A DNA stretch of 64,000 bases from assembly GCA_026415295.1 (NCBI GenBank), contig JAOAHJ010000002.1:7509-71508 (forward strand), in the 5' to 3' direction. Source of the DNA: Spirochaetota bacterium. GTDB taxonomy: Bacteria > Spirochaetota > JAAYUW01 > JAOAHJ01. This document shows, one piece after another, positions 1-9,650 of this stretch (position 1 is the stretch's first letter; each line of letters begins with the position of its first letter). The translations under genes were made by a program, and so were the position numbers. The notes below the pieces were generated by a model. That model saw only the letters and a program-made list of their open reading frames with translations. It searched no databases and was not told the DNA's origin.

Positions 1-1553
1 ATATCTTTTTTTCTATCAAAATAATTTTGAAGAAAATTATATGCATAAACAAAATTGTTTTTTTTAATATTATAAAACATAATTAATTCTACTAAATCAA
101 TATTTTGCTTAATTAAATTAATATTTTCTATTATAAATGAGTTAAATTTATCATATTGATCTAAATAAATAAGAATCTCTAAATACTTTCTTGAAAAAAT
201 AATAAAATTATCATTATTTAATTTTCTTTTTAGTATTTTATCTGCAATTTTAAGCAATTTCTCTTTTAAATCATTCTTTGATAAAAAATAACTCGAGTAG
301 TATTTAAAAAAAGAATCTAAATAAATAAATTCAATATAAAATAGAAAATTATTATACAACTCTAAATTATAATTTCTATCAAAATATTCCTCCATTTTAT
401 AATGTTCAAATGAAACTATAACTTTTTCAAACATATTATTTAAATAAAGTATAATAGAAAATGGAGCATATATAAAAGGATCAAAAAGTAGTTCTTTTTT
501 TATTTCTAAATCATTAATTATAATAGTATTTGGATTATTCTTATAATAATCGATATTCTCCTCAAAAATATTAATTAAATAATTATAATAATATGTTTGT
601 AAATCAAGTCCAAAATTATAAGATTTATTTAAATATTCTTTTGACTCCTTATTTTTTTCAAGATAATAATAAATATTTGAAATTAAAAAATTTATCTTCC
701 TTTCATTTTGAGGTAAAATTTTCCTATTTACCAAACTTAATAAAACATCTAAAGATTCAATAAACTTACCATTCATATATAAAAAATATGCAAGATTAAT
801 GTCGAAATAAACTCTTATATCATATTCTATATTGAAATTAATAAGTGATTCTGTTTTTATTTTATAATTATCTAAATTTAATTTAGAAGTTAAAACATCA
901 TAATTTTTATGTATTTTAAGTGCCTTTATTAAATTTTCACCATCAATATAATTTTTTTGAATATTTAAAATATTTAAATAAAGTATAAAAGCTTCTAAAT
1001 TATAAATATTTGAAAAATTAAAATAAAAATTTTCAATATTTAATTTCTTATTTTTTACTTTCTTAATTCTTAATGACTTTTCTATAGTTTCTTTTGCCCT
1101 GTTTAACTCTCCTTTTTTAATATAAATTAAAGAGTAGATTAAATCTATTTCTGCACTATTAAAAAGTTTTTTATATTGTTCAAGATACTTCTCTATATTA
1201 AGAAAATCATTTAAAATATAACAAACATGAAAATAAAAAAGTAACAAATCCTTTTGAAAATCTTTTTGCAATTTATAGCTAAATAAAATATTTTCAATAC
1301 TGTCTTTAATAAGATAATATTTGCCAGAAATATAATAAAGTTTTAAATCATTTTTTATTTTTAAAGTATCAATTTTATTATTTTGTAATTTTAATGGGCT
1401 TGATATAAAAATATTATAACAAGTAATAATTATTATAATAAAAATTATTATCGAGATAAAAATTATAAAAAAAACCTTCAAAAAATATTTATTATTATTT
1501 GATTCATTGCTAGATATTTTAAAATATTTTGGTTTATACTTAACCATACACAT
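1..1553 (-). CDS. Membrane-anchored TPR-like repeat protein (3' partial, runs off window start)
   Basis: Reverse-strand frame open from ATG at 1553 (stop immediately upstream) to position 1. N-terminus MCMVKYKPKYFKISS followed by a hydrophobic helix (FFIIFISIIIFIIIIITC), then long Y/L/N-rich helical repeats. Not in ORF track because it is edge-truncated. Confidence 0.5.
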   Translation of the reverse strand, partial: MCMVKYKPKYFKISSNESNNNKYFLKVFFIIFISIIIFIIIIITCYNIFISSPLKLQNNKIDTLKIKNDLKLYYISGKYYLIKDSIENILFSYKLQKDFQKDLLLFYFHVCYILNDFLNIEKYLEQYKKLFNSAEIDLIYSLIYIKKGELNRAKETIEKSLRIKKVKNKKLNIENFYFNFSNIYNLEAFILYLNILNIQKNYIDGENLIKALKIHKNYDVLTSKLNLDNYKIKTESLINFNIEYDIRVYFDINLAYFLYMNGKFIESLDVLLSLVNRKILPQNERKINFLISNIYYYLEKNKESKEYLNKSYNFGLDLQTYYYNYLINIFEENIDYYKNNPNTIIINDLEIKKELLFDPFIYAPFSIILYLNNMFEKVIVSFEHYKMEEYFDRNYNLELYNNFLFYIEFIYLDSFFKYYSSYFLSKNDLKEKLLKIADKILKRKLNNDNFIIFSRKYLEILIYLDQYDKFNSFIIENINLIKQNIDLVELIMFYNIKKNNFVYAYNFLQNYFDRKKD

Positions 1554-1682
1554 TTTTTAAATTAAACAAATATATTTTTTTATCAAGATTTTAATAATCA
1601 AGAAAATAATTTAATTTTAAAAGATATCATAAATTTGATTTTTTTTTATATTAGTATAAATTTTTTTAAAAAATAAACTTAT

Positions 1683-2171
1683 ATGACAGATAAATACGAT
1701 ATAGATAAATTAAATTTATCGCCTCTAGGTGCTGAACTATTTGATGCTGTTATAAATATAATCGAATCTTTATTAAAGACTTATGGTAAATTAAGAACCC
1801 AAGTTTTTTACCCTAAAAAAAAAGATAATGGAGAAATAGAAATCTTATCAATAGAACTTTCAAAAATAATAGATCAGATTATTGATGAATTTGGTCTTAA
1901 AGCACCATTTGATAACAAAGAATCTCAATATTTTTCATTTTTTAGAGAAACAGCACTAAATATATTAAAAATTAAAATAGAAAATGAATCTCCTACTACA
2001 TATATATTTGTATCTCAAAATGATGATGTCATAACTGCAATAATTAGAGACCCTTCTTATTTTGGAATCACTAAAGTAATAATGAACTTTGAATCAAATA
2101 ATTTAATCCTATCTAAAATTGAACACCTTCCTTCAAATAGTTATACAAATCCTATGTTTATTGGATTATAA
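1683..2171 (+). CDS. Hypothetical protein (162 aa)
   Basis: Intact ORF in track; no recognisable motif. Confidence 0.4.
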   Translation: MTDKYDIDKLNLSPLGAELFDAVINIIESLLKTYGKLRTQVFYPKKKDNGEIEILSIELSKIIDQIIDEFGLKAPFDNKESQYFSFFRETALNILKIKIENESPTTYIFVSQNDDVITAIIRDPSYFGITKVIMNFESNNLILSKIEHLPSNSYTNPMFIGL

Positions 2172-2203
2172 GTCTTTTCATAAAAACTATATTAATAATA
2201 ACT

Positions 2204-3514
2204 TTAATAAAATTTCTTTTCTTTTTCTATAAAATTTAAGTAGGATCCAAAAATTCCAGCAATCTTTCCTTCCTTAATTATAGCTAAATTTAAATCTTTT
2301 AAGAAAATTTCAAATGTATAATATTTTAATTTTTCATAAACAAGTTTAATAATATTTGGAAAATTAACAATTAAAGCACCTGAATATACAATTGAAGATG
2401 GATTAAAAATGTTTATAATATTTCCTGTAAGAATTGCTAAAGAATTTATCCATTCATCAACAGTTTTCACTTCCGTATCACTAAGAGTTCCAGAAAAATA
2501 ATTATTTAATATTTCTTCACCATTGCTAAATTTACCTTCAAAACTTTTAATTAAACTTCTAGCTGAAGAGAAAGTTTCAGCACATCCTTTTTTCCCACAA
2601 CCACAAATTAAATCTGACTTTTTATCTATAATCGTATGACCAATTTCTCCCGCATAACCATTGAAACCTTCAAAAATTTTATCATTTATTATTAAAGCTC
2701 CACCAATACCTGAACCTATAGCTATTATAATATCACAACTATCTCTATTTTTATTATCTTTACTATATTTAAAATATTTTTTATGAAAATTTAATTTAAA
2801 ATTTTCATTCTTAACTCTTTTATCCTCTATAAAAATAATTTCATCGTTATAATTCTTTTGTTTTTTTAAGTAAATATAATAATACCCTTGAGCATTTAAA
2901 TCATTTATAATATGTATTTTTAAGTCTAAAAAAGTATTAAAACTTAAACCACTTATATTTGGTAAATTTGGATTTACACTTTCTATCAATTTATCAATAT
3001 TATTACAAAAACCAGGTGATGATATAGCAAGAAACTTTATATTTTTTTCTTTTAAATTTTTCAATAAATAAAAATTACTAAGAATGAAAAAACTATTACT
3101 ATTAATAAATATTTTTTCTATTAAGTTTTTTAAATAATTCTCAAAAGAAATAATATTTATATTTAAGATTTTATTAAAATATTCTATATATTTTTTCTTT
3201 TTAGTCATTTCTACAAAAAAAGGATTAAAATACTCATCTATGTATTTTTTATAAAAAATTCTTTTATCATGCATACCTGATTCAAAACTTTCTGAGCTTA
3301 CTATAAAAAAGTTTTTATTATAAAGAAAAATAAGAAATTCAACTAGCAAGCAAATTTCATAAACACTAATTTCTGAAAATATTCTTAATTGCCCCCACAG
3401 TAGTATTTTATAATTTACTATAAAGCCATATTTTATATTAGTACCTCCAATATCAAGTGACAAAACAATATCTTTTATCACATTAAATTTTTTTTTATTA
3501 ATATTACTAGTCAT
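2204..3514 (-). CDS. ROK-family sugar kinase/regulator with large internal insertion
   Basis: N-terminal LSLDIGGTNIKYG (phosphate-1). C-terminal AIGSGIGGALI, GEIGHTIID and Zn motif CGCGKKGCAETF (ROK CxCGxxGC signature). About 130 extra residues lie between the motifs (436 aa vs ~300 typical). Confidence 0.7.
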   Translation of the reverse strand: MTSNINKKKFNVIKDIVLSLDIGGTNIKYGFIVNYKILLWGQLRIFSEISVYEICLLVEFLIFLYNKNFFIVSSESFESGMHDKRIFYKKYIDEYFNPFFVEMTKKKKYIEYFNKILNINIISFENYLKNLIEKIFINSNSFFILSNFYLLKNLKEKNIKFLAISSPGFCNNIDKLIESVNPNLPNISGLSFNTFLDLKIHIINDLNAQGYYYIYLKKQKNYNDEIIFIEDKRVKNENFKLNFHKKYFKYSKDNKNRDSCDIIIAIGSGIGGALIINDKIFEGFNGYAGEIGHTIIDKKSDLICGCGKKGCAETFSSARSLIKSFEGKFSNGEEILNNYFSGTLSDTEVKTVDEWINSLAILTGNIINIFNPSSIVYSGALIVNFPNIIKLVYEKLKYYTFEIFLKDLNLAIIKEGKIAGIFGSYLNFIEKEKKFY

Positions 3515-3528
3515 TAACTTTCTCCACT

Positions 3529-4302
3529 TTATGGTCTATACTTTTTGCCTTTATGATCAGGGGGTGAAAAATATCTGTCCAAAAAAAAATTATAAGATGG
3601 GTTTCTAAAACTTGCAAAAATATTGTCTTTTATTTCTGGAATATCTTTTTCTATTGAATTTATCAAATTCATAATATATTTTCTCCTCTTATTATCTCCT
3701 ATTGTGCAATGTTGTTTAAATACAGGTAATCTATAATAATCTTTATATTCTGTAATTTCTCTTTCATCAATATACGCAAGAGGCCTTATAATTACAAATT
3801 TTTCATCTAAGATAGGTAATTTAACTAGTTGTGAAGCACAAGTCCTATGATAAAAAATATTCATAAGTGATGTTGCTACTATATCATCTTTAGTATGTCC
3901 CAATGCAATTTTTTTAATCTTTAATTTATAGGCTTCTTCGAATATCCATTTTCTTCTAATTTGTGAACATAAATAACAAGGATTTTTTTTCTCTTTTAAA
4001 ACAATATCAATTAAATTACTATCTTTATGAAAAAAAGGTATTTTATACTCTTTACAATAATCCTCAACAATTTGATATTGATCACTTTTTTTTATAGATA
4101 AATGAAATACATTTAATTCATATTTAATCGGCAATATTCTATAAATTAAATTTTTTCTCAATAAATCAAGCAATGTAACAGAATCTTTCCCTCCTGAAAC
4201 AGCAATTAATATTCTGTCCCCATCAGCTATTAAATCATAATCAAGACAAGCTCGACCCATTTTTCTTAAGATTTTTAAATCTAATTTTTTTAAATTTTCC
4301 AT
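3529..4302 (-). CDS. ttcA: tRNA 2-thiocytidine biosynthesis protein TtcA (PP-loop ATPase)
   Basis: PP-loop SGGKDS (IAVSGGKDSVTLL) plus CxxC (CYLCSQIRRK) typical of TtcA. Confidence 0.75.
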   Translation of the reverse strand: MENLKKLDLKILRKMGRACLDYDLIADGDRILIAVSGGKDSVTLLDLLRKNLIYRILPIKYELNVFHLSIKKSDQYQIVEDYCKEYKIPFFHKDSNLIDIVLKEKKNPCYLCSQIRRKWIFEEAYKLKIKKIALGHTKDDIVATSLMNIFYHRTCASQLVKLPILDEKFVIIRPLAYIDEREITEYKDYYRLPVFKQHCTIGDNKRRKYIMNLINSIEKDIPEIKDNIFASFRNPSYNFFLDRYFSPPDHKGKKYRP

Positions 4303-4318
4303 ATATTATATACAATTT

Positions 4319-6706
4319 TTAACAAATAATATTTTCTAAAAATTTCTTTATTATTTTTTTATTAATTTTTTTATAACCATTAAACTCATCAATAATACCT
4401 ATACACGAAATACATCCTTTTTCACAGGAACAATTATCTATTCTATCTATAAAATTTTTAAATACTTCAGGTAAAAGGTTAAACATCTCTTTACTTAAAT
4501 TAACACCTCCGTAAATTTTATCAAAAATAAAAAATCCAGGAATATTATAAAATGGAGATTTTAAAAAATCAGAATAACCTAAGTCTTTTTTATCGCAAGA
4601 AAGAATTAAAGCAAAAATATGCAAAGATTGATATGCCAAACTATTTATAATTTCACTTATAAATTCATTCAAATAAAGATCATTATTTAAATAAAAAATA
4701 AACAATTCAATGTTTTTATCTAGTTCATTTTCTTTTTCTTTAATAAATTCCTTTTTCATTTTATCCAATATACTTCTAATATCATCAAAACCTATAAATA
4801 TAGACTCTGTTGGGAATTGATAAGATGGAAGACTAATATCTCCATATCCAACATTCTCAGAAGTGAAAAACTTAATCTTTTTATATTTAAAAACTGTTGT
4901 AGTAACCATTACATTTAAATATGTAATTAATAAATTTGAATTATTTAATTTTAACAATTTTTCCTTTATTTGTTTTAATATTTCTATATCAGTTTTTGTT
5001 AAAGCATCAGTATAATAATCTGCACTAACTTCTTTTATAAAAGCTTTAGAATTTCTAATATCAAGTTCTACAACTTCATAAATTTGGGATCTGTGAAGAT
5101 ATATTGCTTTTGGAAATAAAAGAGAGAAAGCAGAAATTCTATCCATTTCACCTATTACTATATTTTTATTATTAGTAGTATCAATTATAACATAGTTTTC
5201 TGGATCAGAATTTCTTAATGAAACATTTTCCGCTGGGAATGAATTATCAGTATAATAAAAAGTTATCTTTTCTTTTTTGGCAACATTCTCTTTAGTCATT
5301 TCATTTAAAATTGAAGATGGATCAAAAGAATAAAATTTTTCATCTTCATTAAAAGGTAACTCAAATAAAGCACATTTTAAGTGTGAGTAATAAACATATT
5401 TATTGTAAGGATTAATCATTGGTTTTTCAGGATTCATCTTAAAGAAAATCTCAGGATTATCCATAAAATACTGATCTATAGGGGAATTTGATGCAATAAA
5501 AAAAACATAAGAATTTCCTTTTCTACCTGCTCTTCCAGCTTGCTGGAAAAATGAGGCTATAGAATCTGGAAAACCAGATATAATGCAAACATCAAAAGAT
5601 CCAATATCAATTCCCAATTCAAGAGCATTTGTTGAAGAAACATATCTTATCTTTTTTTCTTTTAACTTTTTTTCTATTTCTTTTCTCTCTTTTGGTAAAT
5701 AACCCCCTCTATATGAAGAAATCTCATTTTCTAAATCTTTATTTAATTTTTTTAAATATGATGAAGCCAATTCAACATATAATCTAGAAGGAAAAAAGTT
5801 AATAATTTGAAATTCTGTATTTTTTAATAATTTTGAAGAAATCTTAACGGTTTCAGATAATATTCCTCTTCTAATATTTAGTCCTTTTATCAGAGGTGGA
5901 TTATAAAAAATAAACTTTTTACTTATTATTGGTGCTCCATTTTCATCTATATGAAAAACTTCTTCATTTATAACCTTTTCTGCATGTTCTTTTGCATTAG
6001 ATATAGTTGCAGATAATAAAATAAATTGAATGTTAATATTGCCATAAAATTTGGCTATTCTTTTTAATCTTTCAATAAGAAGGGCAAAATGCGATCCAAA
6101 AATACCTTTATATACATGCAACTCGTCGATAACTATAAATTTTAAATTTTGAAAAAATTTAGACCACTTTGTATGATTAGGTAATATACCGTTATGTAAC
6201 ATATCTGGATTTGTAAGAATAATGTCTCCATTAATTCTTACTGCCGATCTTATTGAAGAGGGAGTATCTCCATCATATTGATAAACATATATATTGAAAA
6301 ATTCTGATACTTTTTTTAAGAAATCATTAATTTTATCCAATTTTTCAACTTGATCAGATGTTAAAGCTTTAGTCGGAAAAATGTAAATAGCTTTTGGAGA
6401 TAAAACTTTATTTTTTATAATATAATCCAAAATATACAAATTGTAGCATAATGATTTACCTGAAGCTGTTGGAGTTGTAATTAGTATATTTTTGTTCTCT
6501 TTTAATTTATTATATGATAAATACTGATGTCTATATAGTTTTTTAATTCCTTCATTTTGAAAAAATTCTTTTAATTTTTGATCTATTTCATCAGGATATT
6601 CTTCATAAATACCATCTCTTTCTTTAATTTCATATATCAATCTAATATTTTGTTTTATTTCATTTAAAATCTTCTCTATTGTGTTCTCTTTTTCTTTCTT
6701 TAACAT
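4319..6706 (-). CDS. DExH-box helicase, MrfA(YprA)/Lhr-like, with C-terminal DUF1998 4-Cys zinc ribbon
   Basis: Motif I TTPTASGKS, motif II DELH, motif III SAT, motif VI QQAGRAGRKG. C-terminus CSCEKGCISCIG (4 Cys). 795 aa. Start overlaps upstream gene by 47 nt. Confidence 0.8.
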   Translation of the reverse strand: MLKKEKENTIEKILNEIKQNIRLIYEIKERDGIYEEYPDEIDQKLKEFFQNEGIKKLYRHQYLSYNKLKENKNILITTPTASGKSLCYNLYILDYIIKNKVLSPKAIYIFPTKALTSDQVEKLDKINDFLKKVSEFFNIYVYQYDGDTPSSIRSAVRINGDIILTNPDMLHNGILPNHTKWSKFFQNLKFIVIDELHVYKGIFGSHFALLIERLKRIAKFYGNINIQFILLSATISNAKEHAEKVINEEVFHIDENGAPIISKKFIFYNPPLIKGLNIRRGILSETVKISSKLLKNTEFQIINFFPSRLYVELASSYLKKLNKDLENEISSYRGGYLPKERKEIEKKLKEKKIRYVSSTNALELGIDIGSFDVCIISGFPDSIASFFQQAGRAGRKGNSYVFFIASNSPIDQYFMDNPEIFFKMNPEKPMINPYNKYVYYSHLKCALFELPFNEDEKFYSFDPSSILNEMTKENVAKKEKITFYYTDNSFPAENVSLRNSDPENYVIIDTTNNKNIVIGEMDRISAFSLLFPKAIYLHRSQIYEVVELDIRNSKAFIKEVSADYYTDALTKTDIEILKQIKEKLLKLNNSNLLITYLNVMVTTTVFKYKKIKFFTSENVGYGDISLPSYQFPTESIFIGFDDIRSILDKMKKEFIKEKENELDKNIELFIFYLNNDLYLNEFISEIINSLAYQSLHIFALILSCDKKDLGYSDFLKSPFYNIPGFFIFDKIYGGVNLSKEMFNLLPEVFKNFIDRIDNCSCEKGCISCIGIIDEFNGYKKINKKIIKKFLENIIC

Positions 6707-8303
6707 ATTTAGTCTCTAATTCTTTGCTTTCAAGTTTACTTATTTTTTCACTTATCTTATAAAATTTTTCACAATATTCAAGAATTTGTTTCCTTATAGT
6801 CTCAAGAAAATTAGCCAATTTTAATTTTAAATCAACATCAAGTACAAATATCTTCTTTTCTATTATTTCATCTGCACAAAATTTACCTTTATAAAAATAA
6901 ATTACATTATCATAATACATTTTATCAAAAAGAAATATTTTAGATTTTAAATTGTAAAGATTGTTAACTAATTTATTTCTGTAATCATTTATTATATTCA
7001 TTTTTAAATAAAATTCATTTTCATTATATTTACTTTTATTTTTTAAAAGTTCATCTTCTTTTTTCTTTACATCTTTTAATAAATCCTCTATTACATATGA
7101 ATAACCCATTATAATTTCATTTTTTCCACCACTTTCTTTTCCACAAGAATTAACAAATAATTTTTGATAAAAAGTAATCTTGGATGATAGTATTTCTCCT
7201 TCTTTCTTTGTAACAATTATATTTTTATTAGATAAAACAGAACTCATTATAATTTCTCTTTCTACTATAATATTACCCTTAACTTTTATATAACAGTTTT
7301 CAATGTATTGACAAAAAAGATCACCTTCAATATTATAGATTGAATCTATTCTACCAACAATTCCTTTTCTTAAATATAAATTTCCATTAATAGTTAATGA
7401 TTTAGGACTATATATCCCTCCAAGAACATAAAAATCTCCATTTATTTCAACTTCAATATTTTCTAATATATTTCCATCAACAATTACCGAAGAATTTGAA
7501 TGTATATTTCCTGATGCTATGGAAATATCTCCTTTAATTTTAACGAAATCTATTACATTTATCTTATTTTCTTTAATTGATAAAATACCATCACAATCAG
7601 CAATTACAAAGCCTTCAGCCCTACTAACATTTTTACCTAAAAGATAGAGAGGCTTGTTATCATATTTTGCAGGAATTAATTTCCCAAATAAATCATTTCC
7701 ATCCTCAGGTTGCAATTCTTGTTCAATTTTTGCAATAGTATCACCTTTTTTAACAGGAACTAAAAATTTTCTTTCAAAATAATCAATATTTCCATATTCA
7801 TCTATAAGTCCTGGAATAACTTTATCATCAATAAGTAAATAAATTTTTTCACAATGACCATCTTTTGGATACTTTCCCTTATGAATTGTATAAAAACCTG
7901 GTTTCCTATATTCTTTTAATATATCTGGATTAAAATTAAAGATATTTAAACTTAGTAGTTCACTCTTTAGTTGATCATAATCAACATCATTAACATTATA
8001 TGGTAATAATAGGTAAAGTTTCATATTATCATTTGAGATAATATATAGGGGATATATCTTTATTTCATTTGAAAAACAGATATATCCTTGAAATGGTGCA
8101 TATAATTTCTTCTTATCTTGATTGAAATAAAAAGAACCTGTAAAATTAACTGTTTCCTTTTCATCTTCTAATTCAATAATTAGTTGATCTTTTTTAACAA
8201 AATTTTTTACTATTTCTAATACTTCATCTTTAACAATTTTTCCATTTTTAATATTATCAATATAAATATTAACAGGTAAATTTTTATTAAAATAAAATTT
8301 CAT
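6660..8303 (-). CDS. DUF342/FapA-like beta-helical protein with C-terminal coiled coil
   Basis: Repetitive G-D/N-I/V beta-helix-like repeats (KGDISIASGNIHSNSSVIVDGNILENIEVEINGDFYVLGG...). K/E-rich coiled-coil tail. 547 aa. 3' end overlaps helicase start. Confidence 0.5.
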   Translation of the reverse strand: MKFYFNKNLPVNIYIDNIKNGKIVKDEVLEIVKNFVKKDQLIIELEDEKETVNFTGSFYFNQDKKKLYAPFQGYICFSNEIKIYPLYIISNDNMKLYLLLPYNVNDVDYDQLKSELLSLNIFNFNPDILKEYRKPGFYTIHKGKYPKDGHCEKIYLLIDDKVIPGLIDEYGNIDYFERKFLVPVKKGDTIAKIEQELQPEDGNDLFGKLIPAKYDNKPLYLLGKNVSRAEGFVIADCDGILSIKENKINVIDFVKIKGDISIASGNIHSNSSVIVDGNILENIEVEINGDFYVLGGIYSPKSLTINGNLYLRKGIVGRIDSIYNIEGDLFCQYIENCYIKVKGNIIVEREIIMSSVLSNKNIIVTKKEGEILSSKITFYQKLFVNSCGKESGGKNEIIMGYSYVIEDLLKDVKKKEDELLKNKSKYNENEFYLKMNIINDYRNKLVNNLYNLKSKIFLFDKMYYDNVIYFYKGKFCADEIIEKKIFVLDVDLKLKLANFLETIRKQILEYCEKFYKISEKISKLESKELETKYVKERKREHNREDFK

Positions 8304-8405
8304 TTTTAATAAAAAAAATTATATTATTTAACAAAATTATAGAATAAATTAAAAATATTTTCAATATAAAATACAAAAATAAAAAAAACAATGTTTAAAT
8401 TTATT

Positions 8406-9500
8406 TTATTTCGTTTTAATATAGTTTTTAATAAATTTGTTAACCTCTAGGATATATTGATTTTTTAACACAGATTTTTCTTTTTCATTTAAAAAAGAAG
8501 CTTCTATAGTATTAAGATTTAAATTTATTAAATCTTCTAAAGTAAAGTCGAAATTTTCTATTACTTTTATATATTCATCTGTTAATATAGAATTTTGAAT
8601 TATTGGATCATCTGAATTTAAAGTTACTGGAATTCCTTTTCTAAATAATTCTCCAAATGGATGGGTTTTATCATTTTCCCAAGAACCAGTAAGCTTATTT
8701 GAAATTATACATTGCTCTAAATATATTCTATTATCTTTCAAAAATATTTGTAACTCCTTATCTTCTATAGTTGCAACTCCGTGTCCTATTCTTGAAGCAT
8801 AAAGATAAAATATAGCATCCCATATTTGTTTAGAATCAGTAACTTCTCCTGCATGAACTGTTATCTTATATAAATTATCATTAAAAACTATATTAAAAAA
8901 TTTTGTAAAAAGTTTGGGAGGATAATTTAGTTCATCGCCAGCAAGATCTATTCCTACAACATATTCCGGAGCTACATCTTTTAATTTATCATATAATTCT
9001 ATCATTTCATCTTGGTTTTGTTTATTTCTATTAAATGTCAATAAATATTTTATATTGATACCTTCTTCCTTTGCTGCTTTATTACCAATGTTTATTATTA
9101 ATTTAGTAATCTCCTTTCTATCAAAATTATTTTCAATAGAATAATGTTCAGGTGAGAATCTTAATTCAATATAAAAAATATTTTCCTCTTTAAGTGACTT
9201 TATTGCATTATAAGTCAAAATCTCAATATCTTTATATGTTTTGTAATAATTATTTCTAAATTTAGAAAGAAATAATAAAAAATCAGGTTTTGAGTCAGAA
9301 GGAAATTGTACCTCCTTTTTAAAATCTTCAAAATTATCAGGCAATCCTATCTTATTTTTTTTTGAAATTTCGTAAAGAGTTTCTAAAGGCATAGTACCTT
9401 CTAAATGCCTATGAAGTTCAACTTTAGGAAATTTTTTAATAGTATCTTTATTTAATAATATTTCCTTACCTACATTTAACTCTATTTTAGAATTATCCAT
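8406..9500 (-). CDS. add: Adenosine deaminase
   Basis: VELHRHLEGT, HAGE, RIGHGV and SDDP metal-binding motifs. Confidence 0.8.
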   Translation of the reverse strand: MDNSKIELNVGKEILLNKDTIKKFPKVELHRHLEGTMPLETLYEISKKNKIGLPDNFEDFKKEVQFPSDSKPDFLLFLSKFRNNYYKTYKDIEILTYNAIKSLKEENIFYIELRFSPEHYSIENNFDRKEITKLIINIGNKAAKEEGINIKYLLTFNRNKQNQDEMIELYDKLKDVAPEYVVGIDLAGDELNYPPKLFTKFFNIVFNDNLYKITVHAGEVTDSKQIWDAIFYLYASRIGHGVATIEDKELQIFLKDNRIYLEQCIISNKLTGSWENDKTHPFGELFRKGIPVTLNSDDPIIQNSILTDEYIKVIENFDFTLEDLINLNLNTIEASFLNEKEKSVLKNQYILEVNKFIKNYIKTK

Positions 9501-9650
9501 AAAAAACCTTAAATTTGTATTTAAAGCAAAAATTAAATATATTAAAATTTTTTAAATAATCGGATTAAAAACAGAAAAATATTATTATTTTTTAATGAAT
9601 TATTGACTATATTAATTAATTTTTTATATTAAATAAAAAAGGATTATTTT

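Noticed and set aside
9501-9650. T-box leader or riboswitch upstream of serS
   Set aside because: The intergenic region is only ~150 nt and uniformly AT-rich. It has no specifier hairpin, no T-box (AGGGUGGNACCGCG) sequence and no GC-rich antiterminator.
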